Assembly (NCBI GenBank): GCA_963798465.1
Contig: CAWCTC010000001.1
Span: 68,315-132,314, forward strand
Source of the DNA: an uncultured bacterium
GTDB taxonomy: Bacteria; Patescibacteriota; Minisyncoccia; Phycocordibacterales; GWA1-40-21
Length of the DNA: 64,000 nucleotides
Direction: 5' to 3'
Shown: positions 17,222 through 26,279 of the stretch, one piece after another
Layout: every line of letters starts with the position of its first letter
Position numbering within the stretch: position 1 is the first letter of the stretch
Position numbers and translations under genes: made by a program
Notes under the pieces: generated by a model
What the model saw: only the letters and a program-made list of their open reading frames with translations
Database searches by the model: none
Told to the model about the DNA's origin: nothing

Positions 17222-19939
17222 TTAGAATTCCGAGCTCGTTGAAGTTCCAATTTTTACAGTAGTTGTGCCTGTGCAAAATATCGAGCTTCCCACTACTTGG
17301 CCGGTAATAGTTTTTGTGCCTATCGTTGTATAAATTTTACTTACTGGATTGCCAGTTAAACCCGAAACATTCGTGCCACTCCATGTAATTGTTGACGTTC
17401 CGGCACTATATGGCATTGTCCAAGTCATCGCTTTATTTACATATATATTATTACTGCCGGATTGAAGAGGGATGCAAATTAATCCCGACTGCGGAATATT
17501 CACGGACGTTTGTGATAATTGGCCAGAATTATCGGAACATGGAATCACATATGTTGTGCTTTCAGACAAAGCACCAGTCGTAGTCAAAATTCCATCATTG
17601 ATTTCAGATGCAATCTGATCTCCGGATGATTGATCAACCACTTTGCAAGAATAGCTTGGATCAGTTGATGAAGACACCGGCTGGCAAGTGATGGATTGAG
17701 AAGTTGCGGAGCAAGTCGGACTTGAAAAATGACTTTGAGTGGTAGAAACTTTAACAGTTGTTGATGTTGAAACTGAATTGCCGGAATTTGAGCATGTAAG
17801 ATTGAAGGTTGTGTCGGAAGTTAACGGACCTGAAGAAATAGAATCTGATGTATAGGGTTGTTTTGGAACATTTGCTTCCGGCACGGAACAGTAATATGTA
17901 CAACTCAACGAATTTCCTCCTACACATGTAGCATTTACTGTACCACCAAGATTCGTGCAATCACTACTAGACAATGCAAGAAGAGCTGTTGATGCTAAGT
18001 ACATAAATTCGTTACACATATTTGTATTCGCATCCCAAGTCCCATTGGCAGCGACACAATCAGAAGCCGGGGTAGAACCAACAAATAAAACTCCATTTTT
18101 GGTTAATGTACATGAATCAGCTCCGGATGAATTCCAAGAAACAGTTGAACTGGCACCGGTCAAAACTGAAGTTGGGTTTGCACTTAAACTTAAATTAATT
18201 ACAGGCGATGAAACATTGAAAGGTATTGGACTTCCACTATTATCAATGGGCTGCTGCACGGTTACAGCGCATCCGTTTCCGCAAGATCCCGCGGCTGGAG
18301 ACTTTACATATAAATTGTGACTACCTGTATTGCTAGGTGCAATAAGATATGAAGGTGAAGTCGAAGTACTTATATAATTAGCGTTATCAATTCCAAGGGA
18401 AAGTTCTGTCACGCCTGAAACATTGCCTTGGGAAGCAACACACGATACATTTCCCGTACAAGAAAAAGATTCTGTTCCTGTAAAAGATGTATTGGCTTGA
18501 ATTTGATCTCCTGGATTATACGTAATTTTATCCAGATTTACACTGACATTTAAATTGTATGCGTATATGAAAAACGCGCCGACGCCATGCGCAACGAATA
18601 CTTTGTACTGATAATTATAAGTATCTGCTTTTACGCTTCCTGAAAAACCAAATATTGAGATTCCTAAAATAATAAATATTATGACGTTTATAACCGAATG
18701 ATTCTTTTTATAAATTAAAGCAAAAAGAATAATCAATATGATGAGTGCAACAATTATTATTGCGATTGTTTTTATATTGAATTGACCTGAAGAAAAAATG
18801 GAAAGAATTGATGACGAAGCTAAAACATTTTCCGGAGTAGTAATTTGATAATTTCTTGCATCAAGAACGACGCCGTTTGCGGAAAGAGTTACATTTGCTT
18901 TTGGATTGATGCAATCTTTTGCAATTGGAACTTGAATTGTTGTAAAAGAATTTGATAAAACACTTACTTGATTGCTGCATGATTCATTCTTGCTATCTAA
19001 AACAGAAATAGCGACAGTGGTTGAAGAAACATTTGCAAAAGTAAGAACTTGAATATTCGCCGTATCTCCGGCTTTGTAAAAAGTCTTGTCAAAAACAACA
19101 TTGTTGATTATTCCATACGGACCTGAAGAGGAAGTATTATAATTTAAACCGACTGTATTTGAAACGATTGAATTGTCTGCTGACGCAAGAGAAAAAGCCA
19201 CGTAATAATTTTGCGGAATTGAAGCTTTTGGAAGTTCCGCGGATATAGAGTTCGCACCCGGCTTTATTTCAATGCTTTCAGATGAACCGCCGGCCGTGCT
19301 GGCAATATTTCCAAACGATGTGTTTGCTCTGGTGACAAAATTCGGAACCAAATCTACACTGCCGGTATAGCTGCTATTTACCGTACAATTTGCAGTAATA
19401 GTTGATGTAGAATCGACAACTGAGGACGATGCCAATAATTCTGAATTCGCATAAAGCTCGCAAGAATTCGGAACTATTTCAACCGAACTTGCGGAACTTT
19501 TTGCAATATTAACTTTTCCCAAAGAACTTTGAGCGAGTATCAAACCGCTTTCATTCTCGCTTAAAATATATAAATTGTATGATCCAGCCGGTATTGAAGA
19601 AGGAACCGTATAATTTATTGTTTTATTTAACGTGGTGTTTTCTCCCAGCGAGAGAACCTCATCGTAAACTTTTTCATCGACGAGTTGATTTGATGAAACG
19701 TCCAGCAATTCAGCTGCATATTTTATCTGCGGTTGAGCTCCGATCCTGTTTGAGATGTCAAAAGATATTGAAAAATCTCTGTCATTTTGAGAAATGATTT
19801 TTGCATTATAAATATTTACTGTCGCGACAAGCACTCCTCCCGAAACAGGAGCACCGGCACTCGTTTGCGCACTGGCAATTCCGCAAAAGGCGGCTCCGAG
19901 CGCAAATACTGAAAGGAGAGATATAAATATTTTTTTCAT
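17222..19939 (-). CDS. large surface protein (905 aa): signal peptide, central double TM segment, Ser/Thr/Asn-rich beta domains, conserved C-terminal module
   Basis: MKKIFISLLSVFALGAAFCGIASAQ signal; TM pair IAIIIVALIILIILFALIY / VIIFIILGISIFGF. The last ~85 aa are homologous to the C-terminus of the neighbouring 909-aa protein. Confidence 0.7.
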   Translation of the reverse strand: MKKIFISLLSVFALGAAFCGIASAQTSAGAPVSGGVLVATVNIYNAKIISQNDRDFSISFDISNRIGAQPQIKYAAELLDVSSNQLVDEKVYDEVLSLGENTTLNKTINYTVPSSIPAGSYNLYILSENESGLILAQSSLGKVNIAKSSASSVEIVPNSCELYANSELLASSSVVDSTSTITANCTVNSSYTGSVDLVPNFVTRANTSFGNIASTAGGSSESIEIKPGANSISAELPKASIPQNYYVAFSLASADNSIVSNTVGLNYNTSSSGPYGIINNVVFDKTFYKAGDTANIQVLTFANVSSTTVAISVLDSKNESCSNQVSVLSNSFTTIQVPIAKDCINPKANVTLSANGVVLDARNYQITTPENVLASSSILSIFSSGQFNIKTIAIIIVALIILIILFALIYKKNHSVINVIIFIILGISIFGFSGSVKADTYNYQYKVFVAHGVGAFFIYAYNLNVSVNLDKITYNPGDQIQANTSFTGTESFSCTGNVSCVASQGNVSGVTELSLGIDNANYISTSTSPSYLIAPSNTGSHNLYVKSPAAGSCGNGCAVTVQQPIDNSGSPIPFNVSSPVINLSLSANPTSVLTGASSTVSWNSSGADSCTLTKNGVLFVGSTPASDCVAANGTWDANTNMCNEFMYLASTALLALSSSDCTNLGGTVNATCVGGNSLSCTYYCSVPEANVPKQPYTSDSISSGPLTSDTTFNLTCSNSGNSVSTSTTVKVSTTQSHFSSPTCSATSQSITCQPVSSSTDPSYSCKVVDQSSGDQIASEINDGILTTTGALSESTTYVIPCSDNSGQLSQTSVNIPQSGLICIPLQSGSNNIYVNKAMTWTMPYSAGTSTITWSGTNVSGLTGNPVSKIYTTIGTKTITGQVVGSSIFCTGTTTVKIGTSTSSEF

Positions 19940-20049
19940 TTTTTTATTAAATAATAAAATTATTAAATAACCGCAAAACGCTTTGACATATTATAGCAAA
20001 TAAATAAGAAAATGTAATAAATGTCAAAAACAAAAAAATACGAAATTTT

Positions 20050-20080
20050 AAAAGGGCGGCCGCGAAGCGGCCGCCCTTTT
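20050..20080 (-). terminator. terminator after the 909-aa surface protein gene
   Basis: AAAAGGGCGGCCGC-GAA-GCGGCCGCCCTTTT, the same NotI-containing stem as at 400, 24564 and 52701. Confidence 0.7.
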
Positions 20081-20090
20081 AAAATTTTTC

Positions 20091-22820
20091 TTATATTTCC
20101 GAACTCGTCGAAACTCCGAGCTTTACAGTAGTCATACATTGTGTCGAAGCTGACTGGTTGCCCACTATTGCCGAGACAGGGAAAGATTTTTGGCCTATGG
20201 TTGTATAAATTGTATTGTATGAATTTGATACGAAAGGAAATGAAGCACCACTTACCGGACTTTTTTTATCCGTAGCCGACAAACTCCATGTCATTTGTTT
20301 ATTTACATATATATTAGTGTCAGTAGCCGCATTGCCGGATTGTGATGGAGTACATCTCAATCCTGGATAAAGATTCAGTGTTGCACTGGTAGAGTTTCCA
20401 TCATATAAACATGTGAGAACATAGTTAACGCCGTTATCAAGATCATCTTGAGTTGGAGTTACAGTTCCCTGCAATCCTGATATTGGTGGTATTGCTGCGG
20501 CACCATTTTTTTCTAAAGAACATGAACCAGCAGTTGCACTCCAATTCACGAGTGTTTGTCCTGTTGAAGTGCTGAGTAAAAGAGAAATTCCGCCAGTGTT
20601 AGACGGCGAACAAGTCAAAGTTGAATTCCAAACTTTATTATTCAAAGCGTTTGAAGTTCCTGAATAATCCACGCTTTCGACAGTAGCAGTAATCGGATGC
20701 GATTTCCCGTCTTCGAAAACAGAGCCCGAAGGAATATTAAATACATAACTATGATTTGGAAAACCTCCACAGGAAACATCCGTAGACCAATCAGATTGAT
20801 TCGCTGTTATTGTGCCGAGTGTTGTTCCTCCCGAACTTATTACAACAGGAAGCTGAGCAGAATAATCGTCGGGATCGCAAACCCATCCTTCAACTCGACA
20901 GCTTGTCGATACTGGAGCGGAAACTAAAGCCGGTGTAACTGATTGAGTTGTTTGGGTTGGATTGTTTACTGGAATTGCTACAAAAGTCGCTGATATAGTG
21001 TGATTCGCGGTTACATTTGAAAATGTATATGTTGAAATTATTCCCTTGTCACTGCCATCAACTAATACATCCGAAATATTATATCCAGATAATGGATTTA
21101 TCGAATAAGTTTTAGAAGAACCTGAGGACACAGATGCTGTAGTTGCAGGACTTATTGTTCCTCCCGCTCCGGCAGATGCTGTAATTGTGTAAGTTGTTGG
21201 TGCAACTACTATAGGTGCAAAAGCTACAGATATTGTGTGACTGGCACTAATATTTGAGAATGTGTAAGATGAGTTTACTGCTACGGATTTGCCGTCTACC
21301 AAAATTGAAGATATGTTATAACCAGAATTTGGAGTTATTACATATGTAAAATTACTTCCTAAGGGTACGGTTTCTGGTGTGACAGCTGGTTTTATTGTTC
21401 CGCCTGTTCCCACAGATGACGTGAGAGTATAATAAGTACCAGGATTAGTAGGAGCAGGAGTTGGCTGACTCGCTGGAACTAAAGTAAAGGTGGCATTTAT
21501 TGTGTGAGATGTATTTACATTAGTAAAATTATAACTTGTTATTTTTCCTACCGAATTCCCATCAACTGTAACATCTGAAATAATATAATTTGGCGAAGTC
21601 GTAGAAATTATATATAACTGTGAACTATTATTTGATACTACTGTAGTACCCAAAGGGTTTATTGTTCCGCCTGTTCCGGCAGTTGATGTTATAACATTTC
21701 CAACTGGAATAAAAGTAACCGACACCTTAATATCAGAATATACACTTGCAAATTCATATTGTTCTGGCTTCCCTACGGTATACGTCTGATAATTTGTAGG
21801 TGTCTGACTGACTGGTGAAATCTCTGTCCAAGTACCAACCTTATAATTTGTATCTGGGGTTGCAGTAAATATAATATCAGCGCCCTGGCAAATACCAGAA
21901 GATTGATTTACAGAAATTGTACCTCCACCGCCGTTAACTATTCCAGTTGCCGTATAATTATTTGAGGTAATAGCTGTAGGTGCACAATAAACACCAGATA
22001 ATGAGGTGCCAGCATATGCTATATTGTATGTCTTGCTATATATCGTCGTTGCAACCGAACTTATTTTGTCAAATACATTTTTAAAAAAACCTAAAAAATT
22101 AGAAGTTTTGCTGTTCGCCATCTGAGTGGTAATTTGATTCAAAGACACTGAACCACTGATAGGATTAAATTCTCCGACAGGGGGCTGATCGGCGGTTGAA
22201 TTTTTTGGAACAACAACAACTGTAGCGTTGCAAATACCATCAGAAAGTCTTAATGCTATAAGATTTGAAGCATTAATAGTCATAGAATATGTGCCTGGAG
22301 TATTATAGGTGTAAGAATATTTTATTTCTCCATTATTATTCTGTGTTGCGGCACTATAAGTGATAACTTTAGAACCATCAGAACCAATGAAAGAAAACAT
22401 CTCGCCCGCGGCTTCCCCTTCGCCATACCAAGTGGCTGGACTGCCGAGAGTAACAGGTGATGATTCAACACCACAACTCACTGGATGAGAACCGGAAATA
22501 TCACCAACGCCGGTAACAGCATTCGTAAGCCTATTTTCTCCGTCCTGAATCATAGATCCACCTACCTGTCCTAAACTGTTGTTAATACCAACTGCATTAC
22601 CCACGGCACCAGCAGCTGTTGTAACAACACCGCCTACCGCTTCAACAACACCTACAACTGCATTAATTACAGGATTAACAACTACTGTTACAACAGTATG
22701 AACTGCACCTCCTAGGTGGCAAAAGATATTGCAATCAGCCTTCGCAATTACCGGAGTGATTGATGAAAGGATAAAAACAAAAGCAATGACAAATACTGAT
22801 AAAATTTTTGAGTGTTTCAT
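20091..22820 (-). CDS. large secreted surface protein (909 aa) with tandem InlB-B-repeat-like domains and conserved C-terminal module
   Basis: Signal MKHSKILSVFVIAFVFILSSITPVIAKA, a Gly/Val-rich stretch, then repeats such as LTSSVGTGGTIKPAV...GYNISSILVDGKSVAVNSSYTFSNISASHTISVAF. Confidence 0.7.
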   Translation of the reverse strand: MKHSKILSVFVIAFVFILSSITPVIAKADCNIFCHLGGAVHTVVTVVVNPVINAVVGVVEAVGGVVTTAAGAVGNAVGINNSLGQVGGSMIQDGENRLTNAVTGVGDISGSHPVSCGVESSPVTLGSPATWYGEGEAAGEMFSFIGSDGSKVITYSAATQNNNGEIKYSYTYNTPGTYSMTINASNLIALRLSDGICNATVVVVPKNSTADQPPVGEFNPISGSVSLNQITTQMANSKTSNFLGFFKNVFDKISSVATTIYSKTYNIAYAGTSLSGVYCAPTAITSNNYTATGIVNGGGGTISVNQSSGICQGADIIFTATPDTNYKVGTWTEISPVSQTPTNYQTYTVGKPEQYEFASVYSDIKVSVTFIPVGNVITSTAGTGGTINPLGTTVVSNNSSQLYIISTTSPNYIISDVTVDGNSVGKITSYNFTNVNTSHTINATFTLVPASQPTPAPTNPGTYYTLTSSVGTGGTIKPAVTPETVPLGSNFTYVITPNSGYNISSILVDGKSVAVNSSYTFSNISASHTISVAFAPIVVAPTTYTITASAGAGGTISPATTASVSSGSSKTYSINPLSGYNISDVLVDGSDKGIISTYTFSNVTANHTISATFVAIPVNNPTQTTQSVTPALVSAPVSTSCRVEGWVCDPDDYSAQLPVVISSGGTTLGTITANQSDWSTDVSCGGFPNHSYVFNIPSGSVFEDGKSHPITATVESVDYSGTSNALNNKVWNSTLTCSPSNTGGISLLLSTSTGQTLVNWSATAGSCSLEKNGAAAIPPISGLQGTVTPTQDDLDNGVNYVLTCLYDGNSTSATLNLYPGLRCTPSQSGNAATDTNIYVNKQMTWSLSATDKKSPVSGASFPFVSNSYNTIYTTIGQKSFPVSAIVGNQSASTQCMTTVKLGVSTSSEI
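20976..21959 (-). repeat. four tandem ~85-90-codon coding repeats (InlB-B/Flg_new-like) within the 909-aa gene
   Basis: Protein-level repeats x(A/V)G(T/A)GGTIxP...GYxISxxxVDG...YTFSNxxxxHTIxAxF. Coordinates are approximate. Confidence 0.6.
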
Positions 22821-22895
22821 ATTATTTAGTAATTTTTTGTTAAATCAAACTGAATACAATTATAACACAAGATTTTATAAAAATATTCACAACAG

Positions 22896-22926
22896 TTGAC
22901 AAAAAAACATATACTGATAATATACT
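22896..22926 (+). promoter_or_regulatory. sigma70-like promoter upstream of nusA
   Basis: TTGACA (22896-22901), a 16-nt spacer, then TAATAT (22918-22923), overlapping TATACT. Confidence 0.5.
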
Positions 22927-22939
22927 TGTATTGAAGTTC

Positions 22940-22964
22940 GCCCGAAAGGCGGGCTCATTTTTTT
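22940..22964 (+). terminator. leader hairpin plus T7 run between the promoter and nusA (candidate attenuator)
   Basis: GCCCG-AAAGG-CGGGC followed by TCATTTTTTT. It lies ~15 nt after the -10 box and ~105 nt before the nusA ATG. Confidence 0.45.
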
Positions 22965-23068
22965 AAAAAAATAAGGAATGAAGTGACTATATTTTCTTTA
23001 TCCTTTAGGATTAAAAAATTATAAAGACAACGCATCAATATTTTATTAACAAATAACCAAATAAAACA

Positions 23069-24262
23069 ATGATAGACCTAAAAGTAATAAATTCAGTAAT
23101 TGAACAGATGGAGCAAGAGAGAGGCGTGCCAAAAGCTAAAATGCTTGAAGCTATTGAAATGGCTCTTGCCACTGCATACAAAAAAGAATATGGAAAAAGA
23201 GGACAAATAATTAAGGCTAAGATTGACCTCTCGAGCGGAAAAATGGAATTCGTCCAAATAAAAACTGTCGTTGATAAAAACGATGTTGTCATCCGTGAAG
23301 AAAAAGATGATGCCGAAGCTGAAGAAAGATTCAAAAGATCAAAAAGAATTGAAGAAGAAAAAGAAGAATTGAATGAAAAAGGAGAAAAAATAGTTTATTA
23401 CAATCCCGAACATCATATTTTTCTCGAGGATGCAAAAAGAATAAAAAAAGATGCAAAAGTCGGAGACGAGCTTGTCTTCCCTCTTGAAGAAAAATCAGAC
23501 TATGGAAGAATTGCCGCGCAAACCGCAAAGCAAGTCATCGTCCAAAAAATAAGAGAAGCTGAAAAAGTTTCCGTCTTCAACGAATATGGAGAAAAAGAAG
23601 GAACGATCGTCACAGGAACAGTTCAAAGACTTGAAAGAGGAAATCTTTTCGTGGATATGGGAAGAGCGACAGCTATACTTCCATTTGAAGAACAAATTCC
23701 TGGAGAAAAATATAAACCTGGAGAAAGAATCCGAGGCTATCTTTATAAAGTGGAAGAAACTCCGAAAGGAATATTCTTGAGACTGTCTCGCTCACATCCA
23801 AAATTCTTGGAAGAATTGTTCAGAAGCGAATCTCCAGAACTTGGAACTGGAATCGTTGAAATAAAATCAATCGCAAGAGAAGCCGGCTCAAGATCAAAAA
23901 TCGCCGTCGCTTCAAAAGATGAGCATATAGATCCAGTCGGCTCGCTTGTCGGACAAAGAGGTGTCAGGGTTTCAACTGTGATGTCAGAACTCGGCGGAGA
24001 AAAAATTGATATCATCGAATGGTCCGCAGATCCAAAGAAATTTATCGAAGAAGCACTTTCTCCGGCAAGAATTCTTTCAGTCACACTGAATGAAGCTGAG
24101 AAAAAAGCTGAGGTGGAAGTCGCAGCGGATCAGCAATCGCTCGCCATCGGAAAAGGCGGACAGAATGTCAGGCTTGCCGCAAAACTTACCGGATGGAAAA
24201 TAGATATAATTTCAGTCGAAGGAGAATACGTGGAAGCTGAAGACGGGGAGGAAACAAAATAA
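23069..24262 (+). CDS. nusA: transcription termination/antitermination factor NusA
   Basis: 397 aa with N-domain, S1 region (GTIVTGTVQRLERGNLFVDMG) and two KH motifs (GQRGVRV, GKGGQNVRLA). Confidence 0.95.
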   Translation: MIDLKVINSVIEQMEQERGVPKAKMLEAIEMALATAYKKEYGKRGQIIKAKIDLSSGKMEFVQIKTVVDKNDVVIREEKDDAEAEERFKRSKRIEEEKEELNEKGEKIVYYNPEHHIFLEDAKRIKKDAKVGDELVFPLEEKSDYGRIAAQTAKQVIVQKIREAEKVSVFNEYGEKEGTIVTGTVQRLERGNLFVDMGRATAILPFEEQIPGEKYKPGERIRGYLYKVEETPKGIFLRLSRSHPKFLEELFRSESPELGTGIVEIKSIAREAGSRSKIAVASKDEHIDPVGSLVGQRGVRVSTVMSELGGEKIDIIEWSADPKKFIEEALSPARILSVTLNEAEKKAEVEVAADQQSLAIGKGGQNVRLAAKLTGWKIDIISVEGEYVEAEDGEETK

Positions 24263-24270
24263 ATAAAAGT

Positions 24271-24299
24271 AGGGCGGCGCCAATGGTGCCGCCCTTTTT
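24271..24299 (+). terminator. terminator after nusA
   Basis: AGGGCGGCGCC-AATG-GTGCCGCCCT followed by TTTT. Confidence 0.65.
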
Positions 24300-24368
24300 G
24301 TTTGCAAATAAAACGATAAACTATATAATAAGCGTGAATAAGAGTTCAAACAATAAATTATTTTCAAT

Positions 24369-24557
24369 ATGGAAGAAAATAAACAACAAAAAGATGATTT
24401 TGGAGCGATGGCCGGCATAATAATTGTTGTCATATTATTGCTTGTCGGAGCTTTATATTTCGGCAAACAGAGAATAGAACAACGCAAACAATTTAAATCA
24501 ACTTTGCAGGAGGCAACTTCAACAATTTCGACTTCAACGATAAATATTTCAAAATAA
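24369..24557 (+). CDS. small single-pass membrane protein (62 aa)
   Basis: MEENKQQKDDFGAMAGIIIVVILLLVGALYFGKQR... It has its own terminator downstream. Confidence 0.45.
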   Translation: MEENKQQKDDFGAMAGIIIVVILLLVGALYFGKQRIEQRKQFKSTLQEATSTISTSTINISK

Positions 24558-24563
24558 AAAAAT

Positions 24564-24597
24564 AAAAGGGGCGGCCGCTTTCGCGGCCGCCCCTTTT
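24564..24597 (+). terminator. terminator (NotI-stem family)
   Basis: AAAAGGGGCGGCCGC-TTTC-GCGGCCGCCCCTTTT. Confidence 0.7.
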
Positions 24598-24631
24598 GCA
24601 TTTTTCCAACTTTTAATATAAACTGTTTTTT

Positions 24632-25693
24632 ATGGAAAATACAAAAATATACAAAATAAAAGATACGAAAAAACTTCCCGAAAGCGAGGTTGAAATAACA
24701 GCAGAAATTACTTTAGAAGCATTGGAAAATTATAAGACAAAAGCTTTCAAAAAAATAAAAGAAGTCGCAGAACTTCCCGGTTTCAGGAAAGGCCATGTTC
24801 CAGATGCAAAATTGAAAGAAAAATTCGGAGAAATGGGCGTGCTTGAAGATGCGGGCGAAATGGCAATCAACGATTGTGCCGCAGAAATCCTACTAGAAGC
24901 AAAAGTTAATTTTCTCGGCAGACCAAATATTGCAATCAGCAAGATAGCAATCGGCTCTCCTATTGAATTCAAAATTAAAGTCACGATAATGCCGGATATA
25001 AAACTCCCCGACTACAAAAAAATTGCCAAAAAAGAAAATTCTGTTGAAGAAAAAGTTGAAGAAGTCACCGAAAAACAAGTTGAAGAAACAATCGGAGAAA
25101 TAAGGAAAATGTATGCACAACAAAACCATACACACGCCGAAGGTGAAGTTCATAAAGAAGGCGAGGAACTCCCTCTTCCGGAAATAAACGATGAGTTTGT
25201 AAAAAAACTCGGCGACTTCAAAGATGTCGAGGATTTCAAATCAAAATTAAAAATAAATATTGCAAAGGAAAAAGAAGTCCATGCTGAAAATAAAAAGAGA
25301 ACGAGACTCATGGAAAAACTCGTCAGCGAAACAAAATTCGAATTACCAAAAGTTATAATTGAAAGCGAACTCGACAAGATGGAAGCTCAGTTCAAAGGCG
25401 ACATCGCGCAAATGGGACTTCAGCCGGAAGAATATTTGAAGCATATCAAAAAAACTTGGGAAGATTTGAGAAAAGAATGGATGCCTGATGCAGAAAAAAG
25501 AGCAAAGACCCAGATGATTCTGCAAAAGATTTCTTTGGAAGAAAAAATCGAACCGAGCAAAGAACAAGTTGAAAAGGAAGTTAAAAATCTCATGGATCAA
25601 TACAAAACCGCCGATCCTGAAAGAGTTACCGCTTATGTAGAAATGGTTTTGGTGAATGATGCAGTGATTAAATTCTTGGAAAGCCAGAAATAA
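24632..25693 (+). CDS. tig: trigger factor, short form apparently lacking the FKBP/PPIase domain
   Basis: 353 aa. The ribosome-binding signature is ELPGFRKGHVP and the C-terminal arm domain is present. Only a short linker (MYAQQNHTHAEGEVHKEGEELPLPE) sits where the PPIase domain normally lies. Confidence 0.85.
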   Translation: MENTKIYKIKDTKKLPESEVEITAEITLEALENYKTKAFKKIKEVAELPGFRKGHVPDAKLKEKFGEMGVLEDAGEMAINDCAAEILLEAKVNFLGRPNIAISKIAIGSPIEFKIKVTIMPDIKLPDYKKIAKKENSVEEKVEEVTEKQVEETIGEIRKMYAQQNHTHAEGEVHKEGEELPLPEINDEFVKKLGDFKDVEDFKSKLKINIAKEKEVHAENKKRTRLMEKLVSETKFELPKVIIESELDKMEAQFKGDIAQMGLQPEEYLKHIKKTWEDLRKEWMPDAEKRAKTQMILQKISLEEKIEPSKEQVEKEVKNLMDQYKTADPERVTAYVEMVLVNDAVIKFLESQK

Positions 25694-25955
25694 ACTACTA
25701 CCGGCTAAAAGCCGGTAGTTTTGGATAAGACTAAAGTCCGATATTAAATACAAATGCAGACCCATACTCGTGTGTCATTCCCGCGAAGGCGGGAATCCAG
25801 AATTAATAGTGTCGCAGTTATAGGACGGTTGTGCGAGTGACTTCGCTAAGTCAAACCTAGATTCCCGTATTCACGGGAATGACAAATGTCATCCAAAACT
25901 AATCTTAAAAGGACTGCCTGAAGGCGGGAGTTTTGCTACCAAAGGTGGATAATAA
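25694..25955 (+). repeat. ~250-260-bp composite repeat, copy A (immediately after tig stop)
   Basis: Near-identical to 46413-46672. It contains hairpin CTACCGG..CCGGTAG, a 110-bp unit bounded by GTCATTCCCGCGAAGGCGGGAATC and GATTCCCGTATTCACGGGAATGAC (25774-25883), and the 50-nt motif (25809-25856). Confidence 0.9.
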
Positions 25956-25968
25956 AAACCGGGGAAAT

Positions 25969-26208
25969 TCAATCCCCGGTTTTCTTTTTTCTAATTGCCT
26001 TGTTGTTTTTGATCTCGAAGTTTTCCTCGATTATTGCCCTGTCTTTTTCGTTACGCCGCTCGAGTGCTGTTGAAACAGACATGGGATCTATCGGTGTAGA
26101 TCTGAGAGTAGTTAGATATAAAGATAAACTCCCATTTATATCTCTTTCAAATTTTTCGATAACACCCGCCTCATAAAGCTTATCAAAAAAGCTTTATTTC
26201 TTGGACAT
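25969..26208 (-). pseudogene. small hypothetical ORF (79 codons) with in-frame TAA at codon 5
   Basis: GGGAGG-N5-ATG at 26208; MSKK*SFFDKLYEAGVIEKFERDINGSLSLYLTTLRSTPIDPMSVSTALERRNEKDRAIIEENFEIKNNKAIRKKKTGD. Terminator hairpin at 25958-25985. Confidence 0.3.
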
Positions 26209-26279
26209 GATGACCTCCCTGGAAAATTAAATAACTCCTGCATGAGATGTTAGCAAAATATGACATTCTGTCAATTTTA

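Noticed and set aside
17222-22820. Diversity-generating retroelement targeting the surface proteins
   Set aside because: There is no reverse transcriptase gene and no template/variable repeat pair with adenine-specific differences. The internal repeats are ordinary domain repeats.
23035-25765. Multiple minus-strand ORFs antisense to nusA and tig (e.g. 23035-23334, 23743-24084, 24212-24601, 25343-25765)
   Set aside because: They are low-complexity translations opposite well-supported genes. 24212-24601 also runs through two terminators. They are typical shadow ORFs in AT-rich DNA.
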